From Octopus vulgaris (Eukaryota), in NCBI GenBank assembly GCA_951406725.2, contig OX597820.1, positions 20,584,001 through 20,648,000 of the forward strand: a stretch of DNA of 64,000 nucleotides. The letters are read 5' to 3'. Below the pieces are notes generated by a model. That model saw only the letters and a list, made by a program, of their open reading frames with translations, had not been told where the DNA came from and did no database searches. Position numbers and translations under genes: made by a program. Below, piece after piece: positions 38,171-51,973 of the stretch (position 1 is its first letter; each line of letters starts with the position of its first letter).

Positions 38171-39522
38171 GTTTAATATATATAAATATAAATTCAACCA
38201 CTCAGATCTTTCAGAGAATCTACACCGTACACACATATGACTGTGTGCATGCGCGCGCACACACATACATACACATATACACGCAGACACATGTGTTCTC
38301 TCTCGCATACTCAGAGAATCCACATGAGGCCACACACATTCACACACACGCAGAAACATGCAAACGCACTCCAACGTGCACGCCCGCACACACACACACA
38401 CACACAGATGTACATGTATACACAATCTCTCTCTCTCTCTCTCTCTCTTTCTCTGAAACATTCCCACATCCCCTTAAATACAAATATAGAATTTGTAAGC
38501 TCGGGGACCGGCAGACAGACCTATAATAGAGAGGTTATGTTATTGATAAGGTCACGAATAGCGACAAAAGAACTCTGACGAATCTTGATTGTTTGACCGA
38601 GCGATTTATCAAACAGCCGATTAGTTAAATGTTTTAATGGTAAACTAGGTGACTAATCATATTAAAAGAAGCGAAATAGAACCAGTGCGTGTATTTACGC
38701 TTGGCATTATGACCCACCCAAGATTCAACAAATTATAATTCAATTTTTATAGTTAAATGTGTAACATGAGCTTGGATTTAACTGATTCACTGGATTTTTC
38801 AATTTCGTTTTGTGCTTTTACATTCTGTTTCCATTATTTTTAGAGTCAATTTTCTCTATCTTCAGAACGAATATGTGGCAACAGATCGATTCAGTCAATT
38901 GAAGTCATCTTTCGAATTGTTAGCTTTTTGGCGTCCCTTGTTAACCCAGACGACGGATGGGGCGATTCGGTTATTGTTTTCGAAACTTTTTCATATTGCA
39001 GCTTATGGTAGTCATATTTGCGCCAGGCATTCAGCTATCATTTGTATTGGACCCGTGATAGTTGCAAAAAAGGATGAAAAAAAAATCACACAAATAAATA
39101 AATAAACAAATAAAAAGATCGCAAAAATCTCCAAGACGAACCAGCCTAGGCCTTTCTCCAGGAAACCAAGTATGGACTAAGAATGAGATAACTGGGATGA
39201 GATGTTTATGCCCCTTTAACTAAGCGGTTCTTCAAAGAAGACTACGACAGAGAAGGCACAGCACCTTAATTCTTAGAGAAGTTCCGAGGTTTATTTGATT
39301 GACTAAGATCCTTCATGATGGTCCAAGCTGGTCACACTTAGGAATTTAACAGAAACGTCTTTTTTGCTCTAGGCACAAGGCCCGAAATTTTGGGGGAGGG
39401 AGCCAATCGATTAGATCGACTCCAGTACGCAACTGGTACTTAATTGGGGTAAAATATACGAAGCCTTGTATACCCATCATGACTACCCGTCTGATAAGGG
39501 TACACTAGGCACATGCATCACA

Positions 39523-39588
<66 letters not shown>

Positions 39589-39749
39589 TATCATTTGTAG
39601 CCGGCAGAATCGTTAGCACACCGAACAAAATACCTGCCGGTATTTCATCCATCTCTACATTCTGAGTTCAAATTCCGTCGAGATCAACAATCCCCTTCGC
39701 CCCACACTGCCCTAGAAGAATCCAGTCCTTGTGCTTTTCACACAAAGGA

Positions 39750-39954
39750 TTCTTTTACTTGTTTCAGTAATTTGACTGCGGCCATGCCGGAACACCGCCT
39801 TTAGTCGAACAAGTCAACTCCAGGATTTAGTCTTTGCAAGCCTAGTATTTATTCTATTGGTCGCCTTTGCCGAACTGCAAAGTTATGGGGAGATAAATAC
39901 ACCAACATCGGTTGCCAAGCGATGGTGGGAAGGATGGGACAAACACACACACAT

Positions 39955-40021
<67 letters not shown>

Positions 40022-40607
40022 ACTACGACAAGCTTCTTTCAGCTTCCGTCTACCAATTCCTCTCACAAGGCTTTGGTCAGCCTGAGGCTATAGTAGAAGA
40101 CATTTGCCCAAGGTGTCACACAGTGGGACTGAACCCAGAACCATATGGTTGGTAAACAAGCTTCTTATTTCTTTATTGCCCACAAGGGGCTAAACATAGA
40201 GGGGACAAACAAGAACAGACAAATGGATTAAGTCGATTATATCGACCCCAGTGAATAACTTGTACTTAATTTATCGACCTCGAAAGGATGAAAGGCAAAG
40301 TTGACCTCGGCGGAATTTGAACTCAGAACGTAACGGCAGACGAAATACCTATTTCTTTACTACCCACAAGGGGCTAAACACAGAGAGAACAAACAAGGAC
40401 AGACAAACGGATTAAGCCGATTATACGTAACTGGTACTTAATTTATCAACCCCGGAAGGATGAAAGGCAAAGTCGACCTCGCGGAATTTGAACTCAGAAT
40501 GTAACGGCAGACGAAATACCGCTAAGCATTTCGCCTGGTGTGCTAACGATTCTGCCAGCTCGCCGCCAAAGAAGTAAGCTTCTTACCACACAGCCACTCC
40601 TGCGCCT
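39750..40607 (-). mobile_element. Family B SINE containing a nested family A dimer (40168-40575)
   Basis: TSD aagcttctta at 40158-40167 and 40576-40585; the host head resumes ccacacagccactcctgcgcc. Confidence 0.85.
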
Positions 40608-42031
40608 TATTTTTGTTTTTTCTTTCTTTTCAAGGTAATAGAGGGTAGATTTAGAAAGCTTTAACAGGTGTTTCTAGCATCCTGGGTGCTATTTACAGGC
40701 TACTTCGTTGTCCCCGTGTGAGGAAAACAAAGCAATCGCCTATATCTGGTGTCCGTGAATTAATAGGTCTAAATATTTGGGTCCTGTAATACATTAGTTT
40801 CAAGTTTCGGTACAGGGTCAGCAAATTCGATTACATCAACTGGTACTTATTTTATCCCAAAAGGATGAAAGAAAAAATTCACCTCGGCGGGATTTGAACT
40901 CAGGATTTGCTGCTAGACATTTTTTCAGCGTGCTAACGACTCTGCCAGCTCCCCGCCTTAGGGAAGTATAATATATTAACATATAGCGATCTTTTTATCA
41001 TACTTAAAGCAGATATATCATTACGAGCTTAATAAAGTGCAACATTTGTCTTGAGAAGCAGAAATGTGCATTTACCAATACCAACTGCTGAATCAATTTC
41101 GACTGCTACTTATATATATTTTGTAATTTCCAACTTAGTACGTCTATGAAAGAGATTATCTCAGGAAGAATACCTCTGTTAATTAGGCTTTCAATGATGT
41201 ATCTACTGTAAGTATGATACACGGATTGCCATTTCAAACTTATGATGCTACTGTCGCACATAACGAATATTTACATGGATTAAGAGTAAGCGAAATTTTT
41301 GTTGTTAGTGTTTATATGGCCGATCGAATAGCTAGATATCAAACACGTTCAAGTAACACTTAATCAATATTCATAATTTATCTTCTTAAAACTTGTTTCG
41401 TGACTACAGAAGGTGAAATAATGCTATAAATTCACCCCATTTTTATTTTGCAAAACGAATGTTTAATTTGTTTAATAGCGTTATTTTAATTCAAGGGAAA
41501 ATTACATTTCAAGTTTGTGTTAATCTTAATTTACACAATTAATGTATCTGCTGCTTGTTTGTTTTCACAACTTCCGCTGTGTACAGATACTTGCCATAAT
41601 TCGTGTTTGTTTGAGACTCCACATATAAATAATCATTTTGATATTGCGAGAAATAATTACAGGCGTTATACAAAAGTTAATATGTTACAGAGCTTATAAT
41701 ATTTCCACGTACATATGGAAGTAAATACGAAAATAGTAAAATCTAGTAAATATAAATGTAGTATGAGCGAAATAGCAAAATACGATTGATGAAAAGTTAG
41801 CCTGGGTGGAGAATTAGCTTATGCTTAGCCTAACCCATAAACTTACAGTGATGATGCTAAAGATGCAAGCATAGACGTGTGGTTAAGAAGCTCGCTTTGC
41901 AACCACTTCGTTTCGGGTTCAGTTCCACTATACGGCTTCTTAAGAAAGTGTCTTCCACTAATGTCCTGGGTTGACTAATACCGTGTGAGTGAATTTAGAC
42001 GATGAAAACTGCGTAGAAGCCCATTACACAA

Positions 42032-42062
<31 letters not shown>

Positions 42063-42279
42063 CATCATACGCACTAATAACCCCTCTTCTCCTCTCTACA
42101 CTACACCATACGACTTTACACATCACATCATATATACATACACACGTCTAGACCTCTCATACGCACTAATACTCTCTCATACACACACTCTTCTCATACA
42201 CACACACACACACTCTTATGTTTGAGCGGGGGTCATTCAACCCTATTATCTCCCCTAATTTCGCTCTTGCGTCTCATGT

Positions 42280-42545
42280 TTGATCTTTGACTTCTGGCCG
42301 AAATCAGATCGCCATATTGATTCGCTAGCTTTTGCACGCATATTTTTTTCTCTCCTTCTTTCTGTGTTTTTTTTCTCTGTGTATCTTTCTGTTGAAGAGC
42401 GTAGGCTCGAAACGTTAAAGACTTGTTTCATCTATATTTCCTGAGCGCCATACTAATACAATTGTTTGTTTGTATTCCACCTGCCTTCGTCTTTTGTTTA
42501 TTTCCGTAAACCTGACTTCGTCTTTTGTCTATTTTCATAAAGCTT
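42280..42545 (+). mobile_element. Solo Penelope-like pLTR fragment
   Basis: Homologous to 3460-3610 and to the reverse complement of 22960-23160. Confidence 0.72.
42384..42421 (+). ncRNA. Minimal hammerhead motif, A6U variant
   Basis: tcttt-CTGTTGA-a-gagc gtag gctc-GAA-ACGT-T-aaaga; perfect 4-bp stem II. Confidence 0.58.
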
Positions 42546-42567
42546 ACCGTTATATATATATATATAT

Positions 42568-42790
42568 AAAGGCAGCGAGCTGGCAGAAACGTTAGCACGC
42601 CGGGCGAAATGCTTAGCGGATTTTTGTCTGCCATTACGTTCTGAGTACAAATTCCGCCGAAGTCGACTTTGCCTTTCCTCCTTTCGGGGTCGATTAATAA
42701 GTACCAGTTACGCACTGGGGCCGATATAATCGACTTAATCCGTTTGTCTGTCCTTGTTTGTCCTCTCTGTGTTTAGCCCCTTGTGGGTAG

Positions 42791-42795
<5 letters not shown>
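42568..42795 (+). mobile_element. SINE family A, monomer
   Basis: Head, B-box, body and tail as at 17395. Confidence 0.85.
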
Positions 42796-42851
<56 letters not shown>

Positions 42852-43314
42852 GTATGTATATATGTATATTGTTTCGAATTTGTGTGAATGTGTATAGAAT
42901 AATATATCAGTTGAATAAAGTTAAAACATGGTCTGGTTTTCATGTTTTTTATTATGGTATTTTAACATTAAAAAAAAGTATTTGGTAATGCTCATAAAGT
43001 TAAATTAGCGCTTTCAAATATAGAGTAGTCATGGAATTTCAAATGTGTTTAACTGACAGTTGAGTTTTTGACAATTTTAGTACCTCTTCGAACGCTCCAA
43101 CAAGCTGAATTTTTTTAATACTGTTTGACCAATCCGCATGTAGTTTAAACATCACGGTTTGTCAGGCGTCCCGATATACTATAATTTGTTTATATTCATA
43201 TGTTAGAGATATTTTTTCATCCACATCATTAACTGGTTGTTATATTATTGTTGCTATTTCCGTTCAGAAGAGGCTGATGATGTCCTTAGCCATTTGAGCC
43301 TATAAAGGAGCTGT

Positions 43315-43536
43315 GGATCTTTTTACTTTGACCGGCAGATTTAAAAAATAAATTTTTTGAAATTTTTCGAAATACTAGAAATTTAACAACAAATTGCTTA
43401 CAAACTACGGAATTTTCTCAAAAACGCCAGGAGAAAAAGATGTTTTATGTGACACATTCTACCAGTATACGAAGTTTAAAAGTGTTTAGTTTAAAAAAAA
43501 TATTTATTAAATCTGCCGGTCAAAGTGAAAAGATCC
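43315..43536 (+). mobile_element. Short (222 bp) relative of the GGATC-terminal MITE
   Basis: TIRs ggatctttttactttgaccggcagatttaa / ttaaatctgccggtcaaagtgaaaagatcc; flanks ggagctgt / ggagcgga (6 of 8 match); shares cacattctacca.tatacgaagtt.aaaagtgtttagtt with 2255-2293. Confidence 0.8.
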
Positions 43537-43598
43537 GGAGCGGACAACGAAAGATGAGGTAGCGAACCACGAAAGATGGTTGAAATTCTCTCTCTCTC

Positions 43599-43629
<31 letters not shown>

Positions 43630-44239
43630 TTTACGCTCTGCACCCAACTGACGCTTTGTTCTGAAGCATATATACAATATATTGAGTTCTAATAACATCT
43701 AGCTATTAATATCTTTGTGCCAAAAGTGAAGCGTTAAAATATGTTTGCAGAGATGTAAACGTATATATTGTGCTCTTGTTTTTTTTTTTCCGAGTCTACA
43801 GACCCCTAACTAACTCCCTAAAACCCACCTCATTACGTCCCTCAATAACCCTCTTCCTTCCTCGTTCTTATTTTCCGTCTTCATTTAAACTGCCACCCTC
43901 CCTCCTTCCCTCCTTTTGTCTCACTTCTTAATTTCGCTTTCTTTGTCTCTCTCATTGCTGCACGCCCACACATTTTCAGTGACCAATATATCCTCTTGTA
44001 GACTAAGAACAAACAAAAAGTTCGTGTCTCTTCAAAGGAAGTCATTTTTTCTTTCTTTTCTTTTTTTTTTTTTTTTGGAAACACTGGAAATTCTTCCAAC
44101 GGAATACAATCTTAAGAGAAAGCACCGAACACTTCATCAATAAAAATTATGTTGACGAGACGCATCATCACTAGACACTAGTTTTCATGGATATGATATT
44201 TGTTTTTATCGTTATAAGTCTGTGAGGTTCTACTTATGC

Positions 44240-44745
<506 letters not shown>

Positions 44746-45116
44746 TTTGAATGTAAGCATGCTTCAACATCTGTATAATGTCAAATGATGACATTTGAAT
44801 TTCACTTTGAGACCGTTCTGTTTGACACCAAAGACAAAATATATTTCCAAGACGGAACGCGGATCGCAATTTATATTTTGTCACAAACAATAATCCGCAA
44901 GAAGATGTATTCCCTACTTCAGCAATTTATTAGATTATGTCAAGCATGAATAAGAAATATGACAGAGAGAATTTTGAAGCACAACTTCCAACTGTTGGAT
45001 AACTAATATAAGCCATAGTTGAACTTCATACTTTTAACTTAAAACTCATTTTTCCTTTTCATCTTACTCTTCGGTGTTCAAAGTAATCTTGATAGCTCTT
45101 GATTAAATGTATAAAT

Positions 45117-45452
45117 AGGAGCAAGCATGGCTGTGTTATTAAGCGGTTTGCTTTGAAACCAGGTGATATTGGGTTTGATCCCACTGCGAAGCATCTTCGG
45201 TAAGAGTCGTTTACTTGTAGCACCAGGTCGACCAACGCCTTCGAAAGTGAATTTGTAGGAGTGAGGAAACTATGTGGTAGGCGCAGGCACGGCTGTGTGG
45301 TAAGAAGTTTGCTTCCCAGGAGCCGTGTAGGTCTGTGCTGAGTCTTTCTGCGTGACGCATCGAACAAGTACCTTCTACTATAGCCCCGGGTCGTATAAAG
45401 CCTGGTACGTGAATTTGGTAGGCGAAAATTGTGTAGAAGCCCTTTGTATATA

Positions 45453-45485
<33 letters not shown>

Positions 45486-45538
45486 ATGTATGTATGTATG
45501 TATGTATGTATGTATGTATGTGTATGTATGTATGTATG

Positions 45539-45570
<32 letters not shown>

Positions 45571-45625
45571 TGTATGTATGTATGTATGTATGTATGTATG
45601 TATGTATGTATGTATGTATGTATGC
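45117..45625 (+). mobile_element. Two tandem family B SINE heads followed by (TATG)n
   Basis: gcaagcatggctgtgttattaag... and ggcgcaggcacggctgtgtggtaagaag... heads with CORE-like segments. Confidence 0.65.
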
Positions 45626-45828
45626 GCTTCGAGTTTGTATTTGTCGCACCACTGATATATATATATACACACAAGTTATTGGAATCTTATATGTATACCA
45701 TTCTGCCTAAATAATGGATCTACAAATGCAATATCCCTGCATATCTCACATCTATTTTCATTCCTCCACTTCACTCTCTATTTCGTATCTTATCTAAATT
45801 AACTATTGCTAAACCATTTTCTCACACT

Positions 45829-45876
45829 GTCTCTGATGAAGGATTGTAATGAATATCATGGAAACAGCTGTAAGAC
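45829..45876 (+). ncRNA. Type I hammerhead ribozyme motif with canonical core
   Basis: gtct-CTGATGA-aggattgtaatgaatatcatg-GAA-ACAGCTGT-A-agac: stem I gtct/agac, 8-nt palindromic stem III; stem II is weak. Confidence 0.62.
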
Positions 45877-46004
45877 CTATTTAAAATGTTCTGAAATCTT
45901 CTCAGCCTTGTTTTTTTTTTATCTCATCTTGAAAAAAATTACACACACACACACACACACACATATATAAAACTCTCTCTCTGTATATGTATATATATAT
46001 ATAC

Positions 46005-46558
46005 ATTCTTTTACTTGTTTCAGTCATTTGACTGCGGCCATGCTAGAGCCCCGACTTTAATTGGGCAAGTCGCCCCCAGAATATATTCTTTGTTTATCAG
46101 TCAAGTACTTATCCTATCAGTCTCTTTTCCTGAGCAGCTAATTTACGGGGACGTAAACACAGCAGCGTCGGTTGTCAAGTGATTTTGGGGGGACAAACAC
46201 AGACACACAAACATACACACACACCCACATATATATATGACGAGCTTCTTTCAGTTTCCGTCTACTAGATCCACCCACACGGATTTGGGGGCCCGAGGCT
46301 ATAGTAGAACACACTTGCCCGAGGTGCCACGCAGTGGAACTGAACCCGAAAGCATGCAGTTGGTAAGCAAGCTACTTACCACACAGCCACTCCTGCATTC
46401 TGGGGCATCGCTTTGAAGGGCTTAGTTGAACAAATCGATCCCAGTACTAAATTTTTTTTAAATGTCTGAGAGTTATTCCATTGTTGTCTCTTTCGACGAG
46501 CCTCTAAGATACAAGGACGGAAACAAACCGACACCAGGTGTCAAGCGATGGAAAGGAA

Positions 46559-46591
<33 letters not shown>

Positions 46592-46930
46592 TCACGTGTA
46601 TACATCCACCTTGAAAAATGCTTAGTCGAATGAATCGGCCCCTTGGTACTTATTCTATCGGTAACTTTTGCCGAACCGCTAATTTACGAGTACGTAAACA
46701 CACCAATACCGGTTGCCAAGCAATGGTGGTGGTGGTGGTGGTGGGGGGGCAAACACAAACACACATACACATAAATATATATTTATTCGATGAGCTTCTT
46801 TTCAGTTTCCACCTACCAAATCTACTCATAAAGCTTTGGTCGACCCGAAGCTATAATAGAAGACACTTGGCCAAGGTGCCAAGCAGTGGTACTGAACTTG
46901 GAACCATGCTGTTGAGAAACAACCTTCTTA
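46005..46930 (-). mobile_element. Array of three family B SINE copies
   Basis: Full copy 46005-46397 plus partial copies at 46398-46560 and 46607-46930. Confidence 0.8.
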
Positions 46931-47343
46931 GTTCTTTATTGCCCACAAGGGGCTAAACATAGAGGGGACAAACAAGGACAGACAAAGGGATGAAGTCGAT
47001 TACATCGACCCCCAGTGCGTAACTGGTACTTAATTTATCAACCCCGAAAGGATGAAAGGCAAACTCAACCTCGGCGGAATTTGAACTCAGAACGTAACGG
47101 CAGACAAAACACCTATTTCTTTACTTCCCACAAGGGGCTAAACATAGAGAGGACAAACAAGGACAGACAAACGGATTAAGTCGATTATATCGACCCCAGT
47201 GCGTAACTGGTGCTTATTTAATCGACCCCGAAAGGATGAAAGGCAAAGTCGACCTCGGTGGAATTTGAACTCAGAACGCAGCGGCGGACGAAATACCACA
47301 AAGCATTTCTCCCGGTGTGTTAACGTTTCTGCCAGCTCGCCGC
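46931..47343 (-). mobile_element. SINE family A dimer joined to a family B head at aaccttctta
   Basis: Two units of about 184 nt in reverse orientation; same breakpoint as 40167. Confidence 0.83.
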
Positions 47344-48374
47344 ATTTCTGCCAACACTCGTCCTTGACTTTGATGACAATAATAATATTTATTTCACCTA
47401 CTACGGATGTGTGAAGAAGACTAATCAAGACATTGGTGGCAGGACTGGGGCTAAAGTAGAAGACGCTCAAGTCTCCGTGTTGTGGGACTGAATCCATAAC
47501 AACTCTATTGAATGGAATGAGTTTAAATCGAAACTGCAAGAGGAAAGACGGGTGCTTAGTGAATTCAACCTCGCTTCAAGTCGCCGTATCACATTTTTAT
47601 ATATTTACAATTTTTTATACAACTATACATATTATATTGTATATATGTAGTTATGTTTATGGAAATACATATTAATATACCTATATCATCTATACGTACA
47701 TGTTTTGATACACAGACAGTCACACACACGCACGCACACACATACATGCTTTATATATGCATACATTATATGAATACATACATTATATGAATATGTATGC
47801 ATAAATATGTATACACGCTTAGCAACCTGCATATATTCATACATATACATATATGTATGCACACACACAGACACATTCAGTATAGTTATGAAAGCGATAT
47901 GATACATTACGACTATATAAACGAAGTAAAAACAATTAATTTAAACGGGCTGAGGACAGCTAAGATACAAATGGCGGATGCATTGTTCGTTAATCTCCGG
48001 CGGCCGATAAAATTATTGCTAAACTGACAAACGGCCTGTCATTATTAATACATATCTGTTACGTAAACGCAGTAAATAATTCATCTATCGAGAGACATTC
48101 CCCATATGCTGACCCGCACTTTATATTTCAAGAGGGGTTTTTTTTTCCTCTGTTTTATTATTATTTTTTTTTTCGTACATATAATATTCGGTCAAAAAAC
48201 TTTTGCTTTAGTAATCTCAAATTCTGATATTATTTGACTTCTGTGGTTTTATTACTGATTATCACACACTGACACATACACACGCGCGCACAGGAACACG
48301 CACGCGTGCACACACATGCATACGCTCACACACATATGCATATAAGCATACATATTATATATGGTGTATATATA

Positions 48375-48405
<31 letters not shown>

Positions 48406-48584
48406 GTGTGTGTGTCTGTGTATGTATGTATGTATGTATGTATGTATGTATGTATGTGTGTATGAATATATATACATATATATAGACACACACACATACA
48501 GAGAGAGAGAGAGAGAGAGTGAGAGCGGGTAATATATGTATATATGTGTGTATATATATATATATATGTATGTATGTATGTATG

Positions 48585-48818
<234 letters not shown>

Positions 48819-49439
48819 AACACGCACAGAGAAAAAGAGGTACAGATATATAGAAAGATAGAGAGTGCATCTATTTGTGAATATGGCAGTTTTATAGGAA
48901 TCTGAAATACAATTTAGTAAACACTAAAATATATATTCAATACTGTGAAATAAAGTGGAATAATATTAGTTATTCATTCGGGGACGATTCCCTGTATATT
49001 CATAAAGGGGGTTTCTCATTTTCGGGAGTCTGGCCATCAGTACTGTGGTTTTTGAGACGGTTATAGACATTTCATACTTAAACTTACATATATGTTTTCG
49101 TATATTTAGGAGTGAGGCCGAAAAGTTCATACGCTCACTATGAAAGAGTGAAGATAAAGCTGAGAAATCTTGCATGCATTAATTTCGGCATCTGACTCTT
49201 CGAAAAAGACTTCCGTCTATTATTAGAAAATCGACTATTAATAGAAGGTCGACTATTATTATTATTATTATTAAATCGGTCTCATAATCGACTCTTAGAT
49301 CGATCTTCATCGGGAGGGTCTGGAAGCAGAAAAAAACTTAGGAGTTAGGAGTGTGCCTACATGGAAAGTTGCGTATACAAATAAATTATGTAATCAAGTC
49401 ATCGTTACAGCTGTTTCGGTGAAACGATGATTGGGGCCA

Positions 49440-49960
49440 ACATATGTAATGCAAAGTTCATGAGCATGCATTAACACTAACACAAATCACAGTGAGAACA
49501 TGTTCCAATGATGCAAAACCTCTGAACTGATGGCAATGGACAGTGTTACTAGGATCCCAATGTTTAAATAATGGCTGGGGAAGGAAGCATATCGATTATT
49601 CATATCTCTCGTTTGTAACTGCGAATTGACTGCCTCCAATCTTCTCGTTCCATTATACCTTTCTTTGCTCAGCTAACTCCTAGGCTACCTATTCGGGGTG
49701 GTTGCCTGACTATATTATTTTAGTCTTACACGTGTTCACTTCATTATCCCGAACTATTTCGTTGAATATCTAAATATCTCGCTTCTCTTTGCCACTCTGG
49801 TGGAGCATACATTTGTTTCTTATCTATTTCTGTCCCAATCAAAGTCTTGTATTTTGCGCTGCAACAATTTCTGACATAGGTGCAAGCATCATTAGCTGGG
49901 CAGCACAAACAACAGGAAACACTAAGCCCTAGCCTCATGCAGCAGTGAGTTATTGCTACT
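49440..49960 (-). pseudogene. Heavily decayed non-LTR retrotransposon C-terminal region (zinc-knuckle area)
   Basis: Minus-strand fragments DMLPSP, KHWDPS and SLEHVLT (cf. YDxLPSPxNLxxW...CxxC...SLEHILxxC); broken frames. Confidence 0.4.
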
Positions 49961-50023
49961 TTAAACTTCTCCACTAACGATATAAAGGACGCTTTTTTTT
50001 GCTAACGGTTTACTGTCTCATTG

Positions 50024-50323
50024 TGGAGGCACATGGCCTAGTGGTTAGAGCAGCGGACTCGCGGTCGAGGGATCGCGGGTTCGAATCTCAGATCGGGCGA
50101 TGTGTGTGTTTATGAGCGAAACACCTAAGCTCTACGCGGCTCCGGCAGAAGGTAATGGCAAACTTCTACTGACTCATTCGCCACAACTTTCTCACTCCTT
50201 CCTCCTGCATCTTGCAGTTCACCTGCGACGGACCGGCGTTCCGTCTAGGTGGAGAACCTATACGCCAAGAAAACCAGGAAACCGGCCGTTATGAGCCAGG
50301 CATGGCTCGAGAAGGAACAAACA
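50024..50323 (+). mobile_element. SINE family C, diverged subfamily
   Basis: ggaggcacatggcctagtggttagagcagcggactcgcgg head with a ggttcgaatc B-box. Confidence 0.8.
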
Positions 50324-51225
50324 ACCGTCTCATTCCTGTAGAGCCTGGCAGGGGATCAAGCCATTTTCGTAGTCCTGGGCAGCCCCTTTGTTTTTATTTT
50401 TAGGTTCTTGTTAATGGTAGTTCATACATTCAGATTACTCATAAGAGCGTTGGCAATACGCACTTATGAACCAAATATGTTTCACTTGTAAATGGCAGTT
50501 AGTGTCGACGCAGCATCAATCTCATTAGCCACAATTAACCTTAAATCTTAATTACTTGTTCCCTGATGGCTTCAGTTGTTGGATAGCTGCCATGTTGGAG
50601 CGCCTCATTTTGAAGTTAGTCTAACAAATCGATCCCAGTACTTATTCCTTCAAGTTTGGTACTTATTCTATCGATATCTTTACCGAATCGTTAAGTTACC
50701 GACACACACATACGCATATGTGTGTATGTGTGTATGTGCGTCGCGCGTGTGTGTACATGTATATTATACACAGACACGCGCGGCAGATTTTTACAGTTTT
50801 CGTCTACCAAATTCTCTCATACGTCATTGGTCGGCTTAGTGCTATAGCAGAAGAAACTCAAAGTGTCACACAGTGGGACTGAACTCGCAACCACTTGGTT
50901 GCGAAGCCATGTCTGTGCTAATACACACAGGTACCATCATTTCTATAAATAAGGATTAATGCATTTTATTGAAACTGTACGTTAAAATAAAAAAATTCTA
51001 TTTTCAGCAGGAAATTATTCTCAAATATTTGCATCCCTAGTAAACAATATTCAGAAACAGGGCTCCAGTATGGCCACATATTAAATCCATCGAAAAGCAA
51101 GGTTTATTTTACATTGTATTAAATCCTTCTCATCCTACCTCTTTCTCTCCTTCTTTCACTCACATTCAATCTCTTGCTTTTATCTCAGATTTGATGAAAA
51201 ATATATTTCGTACTGAAAGAAACTA

Positions 51226-51264
<39 letters not shown>

Positions 51265-51276
51265 CGATAAACGTCG

Positions 51277-51491
51277 CCCATTTCAAATCTAGCCAGGCTC
51301 ATGGGCCCGGTTTCCCGGTTTTTGTGGCGTATGTGTTCCCCCCAGCTGGACGGGACGCCAGTCCGTTGCAGCGTTACTCAAGAAACAGGAAGAGAGGGTG
51401 AGAGAAAGTTGTTGCGAAAGAGTACAACAGGGGTCGCCACCACCCCCTGCCAGAGCCTCGTGGAGCTTTCAGGTGTTTTCGCTCAATAAAC

Positions 51492-51495
<4 letters not shown>
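51277..51495 (-). mobile_element. SINE family C, 5'-truncated
   Basis: Reverse complement of the family C body and tail. Confidence 0.8.
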
Positions 51496-51526
<31 letters not shown>

Positions 51527-51537
51527 TTATGTATATA

Positions 51538-51858
51538 AAGGCGCGTGGCTTAGTGGTGAGGGCATTCGGCTCGCGATTGTAAGGTCGTGAGTTCGATTCC
51601 CGGCGACGCGTTGTGTCCTTCAGCAAGACACTTTATCTCACGTTGCTCCAGTCTACTCAGCTGGCCAAAATGTGTTGTACCTGTATTTCAAAGGGACGGC
51701 CTTGTCACACTCTGTGTCACGCTGAATCTCCCTGAGAACTAAGTTAGGGGTACGCGTGTGTGTGGATTGCTCAGTCACTTGCACATTAATTTCACATGCA
51801 GGCTGTTCCGTTGATCGTATCAGCCGGGACCCTCGTCGTCGTAACCGACGGAGTGCTC
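51538..51858 (+). mobile_element. SINE family D (tRNA head plus CORE-like domain)
   Basis: A-box gtggcttagtgg, B-box gagttcgattcc, CORE-like ttgtgtccttcagcaagacacttta; second copy at 56228. Confidence 0.82.
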
Positions 51859-51878
51859 CTATATATCTACTTACCTAC

Positions 51879-51973
<95 letters not shown>

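Noticed and set aside
49399-49430. Hairpin tcatcgtt...aacgatga enclosing minus-strand GAAACAGCTGTA
   Set aside because: The CUGANGA half of the core is absent, so it is not counted as a ribozyme.
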